64,000 nt of DNA from Convolutriloba macropyga (taxonomy: Eukaryota). The notes beneath the pieces are model-generated. The model did no database searches. It was not told where the DNA came from and saw nothing but the letters and a program-made list of their open reading frames with translations. The stretch spans positions 28,892,001-28,956,000 of the forward strand of contig NC_134473.1 in the NCBI RefSeq assembly GCF_964194025.1. The letters run 5' to 3'. The stretch's first letter is position 1; every line of letters begins with the position of its first letter. Shown here piece after piece: positions 36,910 to 50,099 of this stretch. A program made the translations under genes and the position numbers.

Positions 36910-38954
36910 TGCAATGCTTTTCATGAAGCTAAAAACAATTTTTCAGTTTCACTTCAGTTCTCCTGTATCATGTCTAGCATGAAATTTTAATAATTCAAGA
37001 CAAACTATAAAATCTACATTGTTTCCTAATTTCCAGCAAGAGCAAAAGTTTGACGAGCCAACGACATGAATCTCTACCGGGGAGCTAACCTTCTAGTGTT
37101 CAAAAACTTGCTTGGATAGATGTAAATTATTTTGACCACATTTTTAAATATATTGCATTAGATTATAAAGCATTTTCATAGGACAACTACAGAGAGATTT
37201 TGTTTAGTTAGTGAGACATTTTGTTTAGTTAACTTCATATAAAACCCTCAGAAAATTGACAGATACATCTTGAGCTGAAAAAATTGTGTTTTCTCGACAC
37301 TTAAGTATAATAATATCAGTTTTGCTCTGAATCTTTTTTTCCCAGTTTCAGATTTTTGATGCTTTTGAATAGTGGTTTAACGCATAGTAGCGTTTAATGC
37401 TTCATAGCGGGCTTAATCCTATTATGTCAACTGGAAGAAAACTTCTGCTTATGTCTTAGAGTACAGTTATAGCTACCGTGTTACATTAATGTTACAAGGA
37501 GCTACATACATTTCCAAAAAATTTTAGAGACAAAAAGCAATATTTTGGTATGAATTCCATTCTCCGATTAAACATCCTGTAGACGAATCTCAATTCATCT
37601 AAAATCTAATGCCTACAATAATTTCCTCCGAAAATTTGGACAGTTACTATATTTCATGAATCTTAAAAAATCTGCTGTCTGTTTTTAATCTCTGCTTCAA
37701 AATTGGCAATAAACATGCACTGTATTTACTATTAAATCACGTATATTTTAAGCCGTAAGAGGTTAGTCGACATTTCAACTTTCATTTTGTGAAATCGGTA
37801 AAATTATCTCAAGACCTTGAGTGTTGCCTCTTGAGCTGTAAAATTTGTGTTTCCTCGATATTTAGGAATGGTTTTTATCAGTTTTTCCTCTAGAGCTTTT
37901 TTTTCTCTTGGTTTCTAATTTTTGGTCTTTTTAAATGGTTGCTGATTTATATAAATTGATCTAAAATCTATTTACAATATCATCAAAAAGAATTGATTAT
38001 CCGAATTGAGTCAAAATTACATTGAATTTTTTAATCTACACAACTAATATCTATTTTGGAAAAAAATTAACTTACAAATCAAAAAATTTATTTGAGACAT
38101 TGAACATTCGAATTTTGAAGCTATTGATTCTGTGGTTTCCTCCCTCGTCCAAAAACATATGATAGCTTGTGGATTGTAGGATTGATAAACAGCCGCTATG
38201 TCAATGTCAACAAAACGTTTTGAAAAAAAATTACGGCCAAATTGTCATGTTTTAACTTATAAAAATATTTGATTTATATTTCCCCCTCTTGTAATCCTAG
38301 CCGGTTTCAGCTTAATGGGGGTAAAAAATTTCAATATTCATAAGTTCTTCAATTCCATTAAGAACCTCTGGTTTGTCCCACTAAAATTTATGAATTCCGT
38401 GACAACATTCAATGGGTTGCTGCCTCTCCTTCTGACACCTTTTTGCCTGGTCAAATTCAATTTAGGCCAAGTTCAATGGCACTGCATTTATAGTCACAAA
38501 ATCTCATATATTGTGCTTCATAGAGGTTCCAGTGAAATACATACAATTAAAAACACTTTTCAAGAATAGATAAATGGTATTGTAGATTCAGATAAATTCT
38601 CGTGTTTCAAATTTACAAAAAAATCTATTAGTCGATAACAAATTCTAACATCTACAATCATTTCCTTCCAAATTGGCAATAAATTTCAAATTTGCAATCA
38701 GTTGCGTTAAAATTGTTAAACAAATCACAAGGGTTTGACAGCTTTCTCTTTACCTGTAAATTTTTGTTCCCCGGTGTTGGAGATTAGTCTTTACTGTTTT
38801 TGCTCATATTTGCATTGCCTCTCTTTCTCCGGTTTTTGAATGCTTTTAGATGATTGTTTGACTATTTTTTTAATCGCATCATTAAAAATCCTTTATTTTA
38901 TAAGCGTTCCGGAAATTGACATTTTATCCAAAATAACATCGTTTTCTGTAATTG

Positions 38955-39591
38955 CCCGGGTTAAAGTTTCTTTGATTTCATACAAGGATCATATATGATT
39001 TCATACTGTCCATACTTGATTTCTTAGTACGATCCTTGTATAAAACCAAAGAAATCATATATGATCCTTGTATGATTACCAAGAAATCAGATATGATCCT
39101 AGTACGAATACCAAGAATCATAAATCTATTTTTTGAAAATCTTTAACCATTTATGTTTGCTTGTTTTTCTTCGGTAGGGTGTCGCCTATAGGATACCCCG
39201 GCATCAAAGTGTGATCCATCAAAAGACCCTAACGTACAATATCAATTGCAAGATGGGCACAAAATAAAAGAGTAAGTCCAAACAGATAGCAAATTTTTTG
39301 ACATATTCTGAAGTTAGTTTATACATATAAATATTCATTTATAAAAAAAATAATCAAGAAAAAAATTGCATTCACGCCAAATTTAATTTCTGAATACGTT
39401 TAAACCACAAAGTTGTTCATTTAGCGCACACAAAGAATCAAATGTGGATTGCAAATGCGATATAGTAATTTAATAAGTCCTCTGACTACATTATACGAGA
39501 ATTTGTGGCACCAGTCAATATATTATGTGTCAAGTATGACCTTGTATGATATCCATGAAATCAAAGAAAGTTGTATGATTGTTGACCCGGG
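38955..39591. mobile_element. CCCGGG-ended element, internally deleted duplicate
   Basis: Same termini and TG TSD as 33759-34542; lacks ~146 bp of right subterminal sequence. Confidence 0.85.
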
Positions 39592-40188
39592 TGCTTCACT
39601 AAACACCGCATGTATTTGTGGTTCAAATTTCTGATGAAAACTTTAATTAAGTGAAACTTTTCGAAACTTGGCCAGGGTAACCAGCACAAAATCTCGTGGC
39701 AAACCCTGTATGTGTTCAGATTAACCTGTTTTAGCATTGTATTAGTCAACAACGAATGTCGGTTCTTTGGTAAACTTCTCTGTACAACTACTCGGTTCTA
39801 CAGTAAACAAAACTAACTCAGTTATTTGGAATCCCAAGGAATGCTAGTGTCTAGGCGTCATCCGATAATAGATTCAATTAAATGTATATACTTCACAAGG
39901 AAAACTTGCCGAAAAAATCTTTTATAAGCTGCTGTAACTGTATTGCGGCAAAATACTAAATTAACTTCTACACTTCCGATCATACGACCACAGAAAAATT
40001 AAAAGTAAAAACACACAGGACACTCGCAACATCTCAAAAATATTTTTTATCTCAATTTGAGAGGAATTCAACAATTTTTTAACCATGTTTCATTGAAGGG
40101 TCTTCCATTGGATGCGACCCAAATCCAGTTTTTTTATTTTCTTTGATGTTTTGAGATGAAAAGGTTCTGAAAATTGAAAAAAATTGTG

Positions 40189-40350
40189 GGATCTTTTCGG
40201 TTTGTGCCCTCCCCTTAGTGCGTTATGCCTTCCGCGTTATGGAGCACATGTGATTACGTAAGAAACACATGTGTAAAAATTTGGTACCAAGTTTGAGTAG
40301 CCCAAACAATATTTGCCCACTAAACGGGGGTGCACAAACGGAAAAAATCT
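40189..40350. mobile_element. GGATC-TIR MITE (duplicate of 35140-35301)
   Basis: Same sequence, within the tandem duplication. Confidence 0.8.
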
Positions 40351-41666
40351 TTTTTTTAAAACTAAAATGAATGTTTTCTGAATAAAGAATTGGGTTGGCT
40401 TCTTGTTAAGTTAAAACTGATGTACAAATAAAATCTGAGTCTGAATTGTACTCAAAAGGTCATGGGATCAATTATTCTGATTCTAAGAATTGCGTCGAAT
40501 TAACATCTAAATCTTGCATATCTACAATTTACATCACTTTTTAAAAATAAATTAAACTATCAAAAATAGTTTTGAGACCCTAAAAATCACAGTTTTTGAA
40601 GCTTCGAATGTTATTTTTTCCCGCTTTGCTTCAAATGATATGCTGTATTCTTAAACAAAAACTTTTTAAAAAAATGATAGCCATGTTATCTAATTATAAC
40701 AATATAAAGTCTTAGAGATAACGCCACCTCTCTGATGTTCCAATCACATGTTCAATGCAAGATTCAACTTAATGGTATAATTGAATTCAAATGTGCGATA
40801 ACCTTCAAAAGGGTGCTGCCCCATCGGCGAAACCCCCTTACTTCGATCATCTGAAATCCTGTAGGCAAAATTGTATGTGGTATGGGCGAATTAAATTGAT
40901 TTTCAATCTATAAGCATGTAATATTTGGAAAAAAAGTTTGTTTCTTCTCGAATTTTGATTTCAAAAAGTTTGATTTTGCCCCAAAACCTCATACACCAGT
41001 TTGTTCTTGTAAAATGCTGCATTAAAGTTCCAACCAACTAATTACATTTCAATAGATTTCAGGAAGAAAAAAACATTTTTTTAGTTTTCAGTTCTCCTGT
41101 AACATGCCTAGTAAAATTAAATCTAAATTTTCAAGATAATTTTTTTATTTACCTTGATGTGGATCCTAATTATCCACAAGATCAAAAGAATCACGGTTTT
41201 TAACACCCAGCAACATGCCCCATGCCGGAGAGCATATCTTTTAGTGTTTCAAGTTTTGACTGGATAGATGGCAAACTTCTTTTTTAACCTATCATGTGAG
41301 CTATTGAAGCGTTTTCCAAGGACGACTACGGGGAGTTTAGGTGACATCTCAACTTTTGTTTCCCGGGTATTTGAGAATCGTAATATCAGTTTTGCTCTCC
41401 TTCCTAATTAATTTTGGTTTTATTTCAGTTCTCCGATTAAACATACTGTAGGCGGCTCGCAATTCATAACAAATTTAAACACCTACATTAATTTCCACCA
41501 AAAAATTTGGAGAGTTTCTATTTTTCACAAATCTTGTCAGAATAATTGATCCCATGACCTTTTGAGTACAGTTCAGACTCATATTTTATTTGTACATCAA
41601 TTTTAACTTAACAAGAAGCCAACCCAAACCTTTATTCAGAAAACATTCATTTTAGTTTTAAAAAAC

Positions 41667-41828
41667 AGATTTTTTCCGTTTGTGCACCCCCGTTTAGTGG
41701 GCAAATATTGTTTGGGCTCCTCAAACTTGGTACCAAATTTTTACACATTAGTTTCTTACGTAATCACATGTGCTCCATAACGCGGAAGGCATAACGCACT
41801 AAGGGGAGGGCACAAACCGAAAAGATCT
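41667..41828. mobile_element. GGATC-TIR MITE (inverted copy of 35140-35301)
   Basis: AGATTTTTTCCGTTTGTGC...CACAAACCGAAAAGATCT. Confidence 0.8.
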
Positions 41829-42425
41829 CACAATTTTTTTCAATTTTCAAAACCTTTTCATCTCAAAACATCAAAGTAAATTAAAAAGACTGGATTTGGG
41901 TCGCATCCAATGGAAGACCCTTCAATGAAACATGGTTAAAAAATTGTTGAATTCTTCTCAAATTGAGATATGAATAATTTTGAGATGTTGCGAGTGTCCT
42001 GTGTGTTTTTACTTTTAATTTTTCTGTGGTCGTATGATCGGAAGTGTAGAAGTTAATTTAGTATTTTGCCGCAATACAGTTACAGCAGCTTAAAAAAGAT
42101 TTTTTCGGCAAGTTTTCCTAATGAAATATATACATTTAATTGAATCTATTATCGGATGACGCCTAGACACTAGCATTCCTTGGGATTCCAAATAACAGAG
42201 TTAGTTTTGTTTACTGTCGAACCGAGTAGTTGTACAGAGAAGTTTACTGAAGAACCGACATTCGTTGTTGACTAATACAATGCTAAAACAGGTTAATTTG
42301 AACACATACAGGGTTTGCCACGTGATTTTGTGCTGGTTACCCTGGCCAAGCTTCGAAAAGTTTGACTTAATTAAACTTTTCATCAGAAATTTGAACCACA
42401 AATACATGCGGTGTTTAGTGAAGCA

Positions 42426-43243
42426 CCCGGGTCAACGATCATACAACTTTCTTTGATTTCGTACTAGGTCACTTATGATTCTTAGTAATCGTACTAGGTC
42501 ATATATGATTCGTATGAATTCTTGGTAGTCATACAAGGACCATATATGATTTCCAAGAAATCATACAGGGATCATACAAAAAAAATCAAAGACTAAAAAC
42601 TGTATAATTTTGATTTTCCATAGAAGTTGAAAAAATTTCATGGATATCATACAATGTCATATATGACACATAACATATTGACTGGTGCCACAAATTCTCG
42701 TATAATGTAGTCAGAGGACTTATTAAATTACTATATCGCTTTTGCAATCCACATTTGATTCTTTGTGTGCGCTAAAAGAACAACTTACTTTATGGCTTAA
42801 ACGTATTCAGAAAACCAATTTGGCGTGATATGCAATTTTTTTCTTGATTTTTTTTATAAATGAATATTTATATGTATAAACCAACTTCAGAGTATGTCAA
42901 AAATTTTGTTATCTGTCTGGACTTACTCTTTTATTTTGTGCCCATCTTGCAATTGATTTTGTACGTTAGGGTCTTTTGGTGGATCACACTTTGATGTCGG
43001 GGTATCCTATAGGTGACGCCCTACCGAAGAAAAACAAGCAAACATAAATGGTTAAATATTTTCAAAAAATAGATTTATGATTCTTGGTTTTCGTACTAGG
43101 ATCATATCTGATTTCTTGGTAATCATACAAGGATCATATATGATTTCTTTGGTTTTATACAAGGATCGTACTAAGAAATCAAGTATGGACAGTATGAAAT
43201 CATATATGATCCTTGTATGAAATCAAAGAAACTGCAACCGGGG
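42426..43243. mobile_element. CCCGGG-ended element, inverted copy
   Basis: CCCGGGTCAAC...AACCGGGG with CA on both flanks; has one more subterminal repeat unit than 33759-34542. Confidence 0.85.
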
Positions 43244-45278
43244 CAATTACAGAAAACGATGTTATTTTGGATAAAATGTCAATTTCCGGAACGCTTATAA
43301 AATAAAGCATTTTTAATGATGCGATTAAAAAAATAGTCAAACAATCATCTAAAAGCATTCAAAAACCGGAGAAAGAGAGGCAATGCAAATATGAGCAAAA
43401 ACAGTAAAAACTAATCTCCAACACCGGGGAACAAAAATTTACAGGTAAAGAGAAAGCTGTCAAACCCTTGAGATTTTTTTAACGATTTTAACGCAACTGA
43501 TTGCAAATTTGAAATTTATTGCCAATTTGGAATATAATGATTGTAGATGTTAGAATTTGTTATCGACTAATAGATTTTTTTGTAAATTTGAAACACGAGA
43601 ATTTATCTGAATCTACAATACCATTTATCAATTCTTGAAAAGTGTTTTTAATTGTATGTATTTCACTGGAACGTCTATGAAGGACAATATATGAGATTTT
43701 ATGACCATAAATGCAGTGCCATTGAATTTGGCCTAAATTGAATTTGGCCAGGCAAAAAGGTGTCAGTAGGAGAGGCAGCAACCCATTGAATGTTGTCACG
43801 GAATTCATAAATTTTAGTGGGACAAACCAGAGGTTCTTAATGGAATTGAAGAACTTATGAATATTGAAATTTTTTACCCCCATTAAGCTGAAACCGGCTA
43901 GGATTACAAGAGGGGGAAATATAAATCAAATATTTTTATAAGTTAAAACATGACAATTTGGCCGTAATTTTTTTTCAAAACGTTTTGTTGACATTGACAT
44001 AGCGACTGTTTATCAATCCTACAATCCACAAGCTAACATAAGTTTTGGACGAGGGAGGAAATCACAGAATCAATAGCTTCAAAATTCGAATGTTCAATGT
44101 CTCAAATATATTTTTTGATTTCTCAGTTAATTTTTTTCCAAAATAGATATTAGTTGTGTAGATTAAAAAATTCAATGTAATTTTGACTCAATTCGGATAA
44201 TCAATTTTTTTTCGATGATATTGTAAATAGATTTAAGATCAATTTATATAAATCAACAACCATTTAAAAAGACCGAAAATTAGAAACCAAGAGAAAAAAA
44301 GCTCTAGAGGACAAACTGATAAAAACCATTCCTAAATATCGAGGAGACACAAATTTTACAGCTCAAGAGGCAACACTCAAGGTCTTGAGATAATTTTACC
44401 GATTTCACAAAATGAAAGTTGAAATGTCGACTAACCTCTTACGGCTTAAAATATACGTGATTTAATAGTAAATACAGTGCATGTTTATTGACAATTTTGA
44501 AGCAGAGATTAAAAACAGACAGCAGATGTTTTAACATTCGTGAAATATAGTGACTGTCCAAATTTTCGGGGGAAATTATTGAAGGTATTAGATTTTTATG
44601 AAGTGAGCACCGTCTACAATATGTTTAATCGGAGAATGGAATTAAAACCAAAATATTGCTTTTTGCTTTCTGAAAAATTTTGAACTAAAGGTAGCTCCTC
44701 GTAACATTAATGTAACACGGTAGCTATAACTGTACTCCAAGACATAAGAAGAAGTTTTTTCCGATTGATTTATTAGGATTAGGCCCGCTATGATGCATTA
44801 AACGCTACTATGCGCTAAGCCACTATTCAAAAGCATCAAAAATCTGAAACTGGGAAAAAGATTCAGAGCAAAACTGATATTATCATACTTAAGTGTCGAG
44901 AAAACACATTTTACAGCTCAAGTTGTATCTGTCATTTTTCTGAGGGCTTTATATTGAGTTCACTAAACAAATTGCCTCACCTAACCTCTCTGTAGTCGCC
45001 CTATGAAATTGCTTTAAAATCTAATGCAATATATAAAAGAAATGTGGTCAAAACAATTTACATCTATCCAGGCAAGTTTTTGAACACTAGAAGGTTAGCT
45101 CCCCGGTAGAGATTCATGTCGTTGGCTCGTCAAACTTTTGCTCTGCCTGGAAATTAGGAAACAATTTAATGTAGATTTTATAGTTTGTCTTGAATTATTA
45201 AAATTTCATGCTAGACATGATACAGGAGAACTAAAGTGAAACTGAAAAACTCTTTTTAGTTTCATGAAAAGCATTGAA

Positions 45279-45428
45279 AGATCTTATCCGTTTGTGCCCC
45301 CCAGTACGTTATGCGCCCGCAAGTTACAGAGCACGTGCAATTACATAGTAAATCATCATGTAAAAATATGGCACGTGCATCTGCGGGTGCAAATAATAGG
45401 GGGGGGGGACTAAGAACGGAAAAGATCC
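45279..45428. mobile_element. GGATC-TIR MITE with perfect 8-bp TSD
   Basis: GCATTGAA [AGATCTTATCCGTTTGTGCCCC...AACGGAAAAGATCC] GCATTGAA. Confidence 0.9.
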
Positions 45429-46057
45429 GCATTGAACCAAATGTAGTTCATTAGAACTTTAATGTAGCGCGGTAGATGACATTTATGAGCGCCAACTATT
45501 CTACAGAACACAAGCAGAAAAGTTTGCTTAGTTTAGTAAATACTCATTTTTCATCTTTACCGTGGTTCCCCTAAGATAAAAGTAAACCTGCTACAAGACA
45601 TTAATTTCAGCAAAAGGTTTCTATAAGATTTTTACAGCGGAGATAAAACACTTCAAATTCCATCTCATGTAAAATGTTTTATGTGAAAGGTGCAATTCCA
45701 TCGATAGTTTGGCTATTCTTTTGTTCGAGATTGTTTTGAAAGCAACACATCTACTAGTAATCGGTCTCATGCTCCCCAATTTAACATGGGGACAACCATC
45801 AATCAACTGATGGAGGGTGGAAAAAGTAATATCCAGAGTTTCAAAAACTGTGGTTTTCTGGGTTTCAAAATTTTTTTGTTTGTAAAGTTTTAAGAAGAGT
45901 TAATTATTTGTATAAGTTTTGATATTAATGTGACGCAATTAGTCAGATAGAATCAGATACTTAACTCGATAACATTTTAGTTACGTTGAAAATCACTTTA
46001 TTTGATCATCAAATTTAACCTAACATGGAGACGAACGCTTCATTTTATTTAAAAAAG

Positions 46058-46210
46058 GGATCTATTCTGTTTTGGCCACCCAGCTTAGTGGGCTTATATT
46101 TTTTACGGCCTCTGGCGCACGTGCTATTTTCTACAAAATTATTTGCTATATAACAACATATAATTTATAACAGGCGGCGTAAAAAACACTGGGGGGAACA
46201 GAATAGATTC
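46058..46210. mobile_element. MITE, GGATCTATTCTGTT subfamily
   Basis: TAAAAAAG [GGATCTATTCTGTT...AACAGAATAGATTC] TAAAAACG. Confidence 0.85.
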
Positions 46211-48224
46211 TAAAAACGAATTCTTTTCTTTTGAAAGAAATCTTTTTGTTTCCTCAAGCACGACCGAAAATAGAAGGAAAAGTCAAAAGAATAAAGGTCC
46301 CACACAATGAAAAGACCTCTGAATGAAAGATGGATACAAAACTGACAAGTTCTTCTCAAATTGAAATTAAAATGATCTTCAGATTTTACAAGTACACTGT
46401 GTATTTTTTTCATTTCAATTGTTTGTTGGCGCAGGATTGGAAGTGTCGAATGTATTTAAATATTGTTCAGCAGGACTATAATAGCAGTGTGAAAACATTT
46501 TTTTACGGCAGGTCTTGCAATTGAATTTGTTTGAATATATCATCGTAAAATTCCTAGAATTTAGCATCCCTTGGATTCAAAATACCTCAATCAGTAACTT
46601 GGTAAGCTTTAGGTAGAATCGATAAAAATTGTTGACTACAAAACTAAAAAAAAGGAAACTTTGAACTCATAGAAGGTCCAAAATCAAATTTTGTGCTGGA
46701 TTTTCTTAGGCAAATTTTAGAAAATGTCCCTGAAGTAACCTAACTATCTTGTTTTTGAACCAACGAAAAAGGCGCCATCAAAAACAGACATCAACTTTCT
46801 TCTAAACAAAGCAAGTGCGCAAGACAATAAAGACAACCCTTTGGTTTTGAGTACATCTGAAGCTGGCTGGCAACTTTTAAACAGAGACTGAAGCAGACAG
46901 ATTTTTTAAGATTCGTGAAAAATAAAAATTTTCCAAATTTTTGGGGAAACTATTAAAGGTATTAGATTTTGTTATAATATGCGAACCGTCCAAAAGATGT
47001 TTAATCTCGGAGAATGGATTAAAAACCGATATATCACGTTTTGCTTTCTGAAAAAGTTTGAAAATTAATCTTGATGTTAATGAGACGCAATTAGTAGAGT
47101 CAAATTATTTACTCGATGTCATTTTAGATACGCTTAGATTCACTTTATTTGTACATCAAATTTAACTTAACATGGACACGAAGAAAGAGAATTCTTTTCG
47201 ATTGACAAAATTTTTTTTATTCATCAAAGCTTGAAAAAAAAATTGAAAGAAAAGTCAATTGAATATAGGTCGTACACAATGAAAAAGCTCCTAAATGAAA
47301 CATAGCTAAAAAGTGACAATCGAATTTAAAATGGTTTTCATATGTGACAAGTGTAATGAACATTTTTTTTTCAGTTTTTTTCGGCAGAGGATTGGAAGTG
47401 TCGAATTTACTTCAATGTTTTTCAGCATGACTATAATTGCAGTGTGAAAACCATTTTGTAGGGCAGGTCTTACATTTGCATTTGTTTGAATATACCGTAA
47501 AAAGCCTAGAATATAGCATCCCTTGTATTCAAAATACCTCAATCAGCAATTTTGAAAGCTTTAAGAAGGGCCGATAAAAATTGTTGACTACAAAGCTAAA
47601 AATGAAAACGATGAACTGATAAAAGCTTCAAAATCAGATTTTGTGCTGGGTTCTTTAGACAATTTTTGACAAATATGCCTGAAGTAAACTATCCTCCAGG
47701 TTTTTGAACCAAGAACACATATGCAGGGTTAACAGCATTAACATAGAACGAGGTGGTTTGGAGTGTTTGATCGATATCCGGAACGCTGGAACTACAAAAA
47801 TATTAGTAACACAACTGAAGAAATTGCTAAGCAGTCATCTAAAAGCGTTCATAATCATAAAAAAGTGAGAACGTAGGAATAAGAACGAAACTCATAAAAC
47901 CAGTATCTAATACCGAGGGAGCACTATTTTTACGGCGTGAGTGGAAAATTTCAAGTTATTGGTATATCGTTTCACAACAGAAAAGTTGAGAACTCTCCGC
48001 TAAACGTGTTCAAATTAGTCTTTCAAAAATCTCACGTGATAATTGAAATTAAACGCACTGGCTATCAATTCACCTATTTTATTTAAACATGTCGATATCT
48101 ATACACGCAAAATTTCAAACAGCAAAAAGTGGGCTCCCAGGCAGGGTATTACTAGACACAATACAGAGAACTGAATTGAAACCAAAGAAACTTAATGGTT
48201 TCCTGAAATATATCCAATCTGAAG

Positions 48225-48872
48225 TGCGAGCCGCCTACAGTATGTTTAATCGGAGAACTGAAATAAAACCAAAATGTTGTTTTTTTTTCTGAAATATTTT
48301 GAAACGTATGTAGCTCTTTGTAACATTATTATTGCCCTGTAGATAAAACTGTACTCCAAAAAAAATAAGAAAATTTTTTCCCATTGATTAAATAGGAAGG
48401 AGAGCAAAACTGATATTACGATTCTCAAATACCCGGGAAACAAAAGTTGAGGTGTCACCTAAACTCCCTGTAGTCGTCCTTGGAAAACGCTTCAATAGCT
48501 CACGTGATAGGTTAAAAAAGAAGCTGGCCATCTATCCAGTCAAAACTTGGAACACTAAAAGATATGCTCTCCGGCATGGGGCATGTTGCTGGGTGTTAAA
48601 AATCGTGACTCTTTTGATCTTGTGGATAATAAGGATCCAAATCAAGGTAAATAAAAAAATTATCTTGAAAATTTACATTTAATTTTACTAGGCATGTTAC
48701 GGGGGAACTGAAAACTAAAATAATGTTTTTGTCTTCCTGAAATCTATTGAAATGTAATTAAATGGTTGGAACTTTAATGCAGCATTTTACGAGAACAAAC
48801 TGGTGTATGAGGTATTGGGGCAAAATCAAACTTTTTGAAATCAAAATTCGAGAAGAAACAAACTTTTTTTTC
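48225..48872 (+). repeat. Inverted copy of ~40928-41460 (PLE fragment)
   Basis: 48395-48872 is the reverse complement of ~40928-41405; 48225-48275 is the reverse complement of ~41412-41462. Confidence 0.85.
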
Positions 48873-49558
48873 AGAATAATTGTAAATCCTAAGTAAATCT
48901 TACTGTACTGCTGGAAATTGTGAAATTGTATCTGGAAGTGTTAACTCACCCTAATGCGTTCTTTTGAGGTTATTTCAACAAAATCTTTCCATATTTGTGA
49001 GAATTTTGAGCCTCTTTCACTCAGTTTTGTCTACTCTGCCGACTGTTTTTTCCTATTGAGGGAGTTACCGTTGAAAGTACTGGAGCATCGTAATATTGTT
49101 AGTGCAGATGCGGAAAAACATAACTTTTAGTTGCGCAGCAAAGCGGTTTAGCTATCTTTTCGGATTAAGTCAAGAATATGAGTGATTTAATTTAAAAAAC
49201 TTAACTCTCCACTATGACCTTCAAGGCTTTTCAAATTTTTTTAAGTTCGTTACGATTTCTGTCTTATTTGCTTCAATCTCGACAAATTTCATCCTTATAG
49301 AATTTCCCACCTCCCCTTTCATCAAAACGGACTTTCAAGGCAGGTTAGTGCGGTCCAGTGACGTGCCTGCAGCTAACTTCCCCCTGCAATCAACTTCAGG
49401 TGGTTCCGTTTGCAAAGATGGGGAGTGCTGTTCCTAGTTTATGTGTTACAGGGATATTCAGCACGCAATTCGGAGGGCAAGGAACGCGAAGATATGAACT
49501 ACTTTACAGTACAGACTGCTTGTCTTTATTCAATTTGTTTGATGTATTTGTTTGATGT

Positions 49559-50099
49559 GTTAATAACAGTGGCTAATTAATCAATGTTGACGCATAAACT
49601 ATTTTTAGCGTGGCGCTAGTGAAAATGGCAGACGTACCAAAACATAGAAATTTTATAGCTGGCCAATCACAATCGAGAAAATAGGAATATTATTTTCTGA
49701 TTGGCTGATTACTCAACCTATTCTCCATGTTTTAAAATAGGATATGAATGTTAACGTAAAATTGCTCAGAAATCGCGATAAGCCGAATTAAGATATTTAT
49801 ACTTTTTTGGGAGAAACTGATCTCACGGTGGGTTGTGATAGATTCATATCAAGTCCTATGGGCCGCTAAGGCTTGGCAATGGCCCACGAGGTATGGCCAG
49901 ATGCGGTAAAAATTATAATCTAGTCTTAGACTTTGTCCAATTTAGGCTAATTGAACGCATAAAGGTAAAGTGTTTTAAATTTCGCAACCAATCACCTTCG
50001 TTGAAAATTCTACATTTTGGCACGTCTATTTGTTAAGACGTCACCATTTAGCGGCGATCAAGTGCAACTCGACAGGATTGTTAATTACCCGTTATTAAC
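49559..50099. mobile_element. Putative ~540 bp non-autonomous element with imperfect long inverted termini
   Basis: GTTAATAAC..TAATTAA / TTAATTACCCGTTATTAAC ends, plus an internal inverted match AGACGTACCAAAACATAGAAATTTT / AAAATTCTACATTTTGGCACGTCT; several CCAATCA/TGATTGG motifs. Confidence 0.5.

Larger units (their letters stand above)
30915..41139. repeat. ~5.1 kb tandem segmental duplication (30915-36090 and 36110-41139)
   Basis: Near-identical sequence at offset 5195, falling to 5049 after a ~146 bp deletion in copy 2; 19 bp junction filler at 36091-36109. Confidence 0.95.
41537..48220 (+). repeat. Large inverted duplication of the PLE complex
   Basis: 41537-47090 is the reverse complement of ~35431 down to ~29990. 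47073-47663 is one copy of the array monomer. 47990-48220 is the reverse complement of ~20146-20480, with a deletion. Confidence 0.92.
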
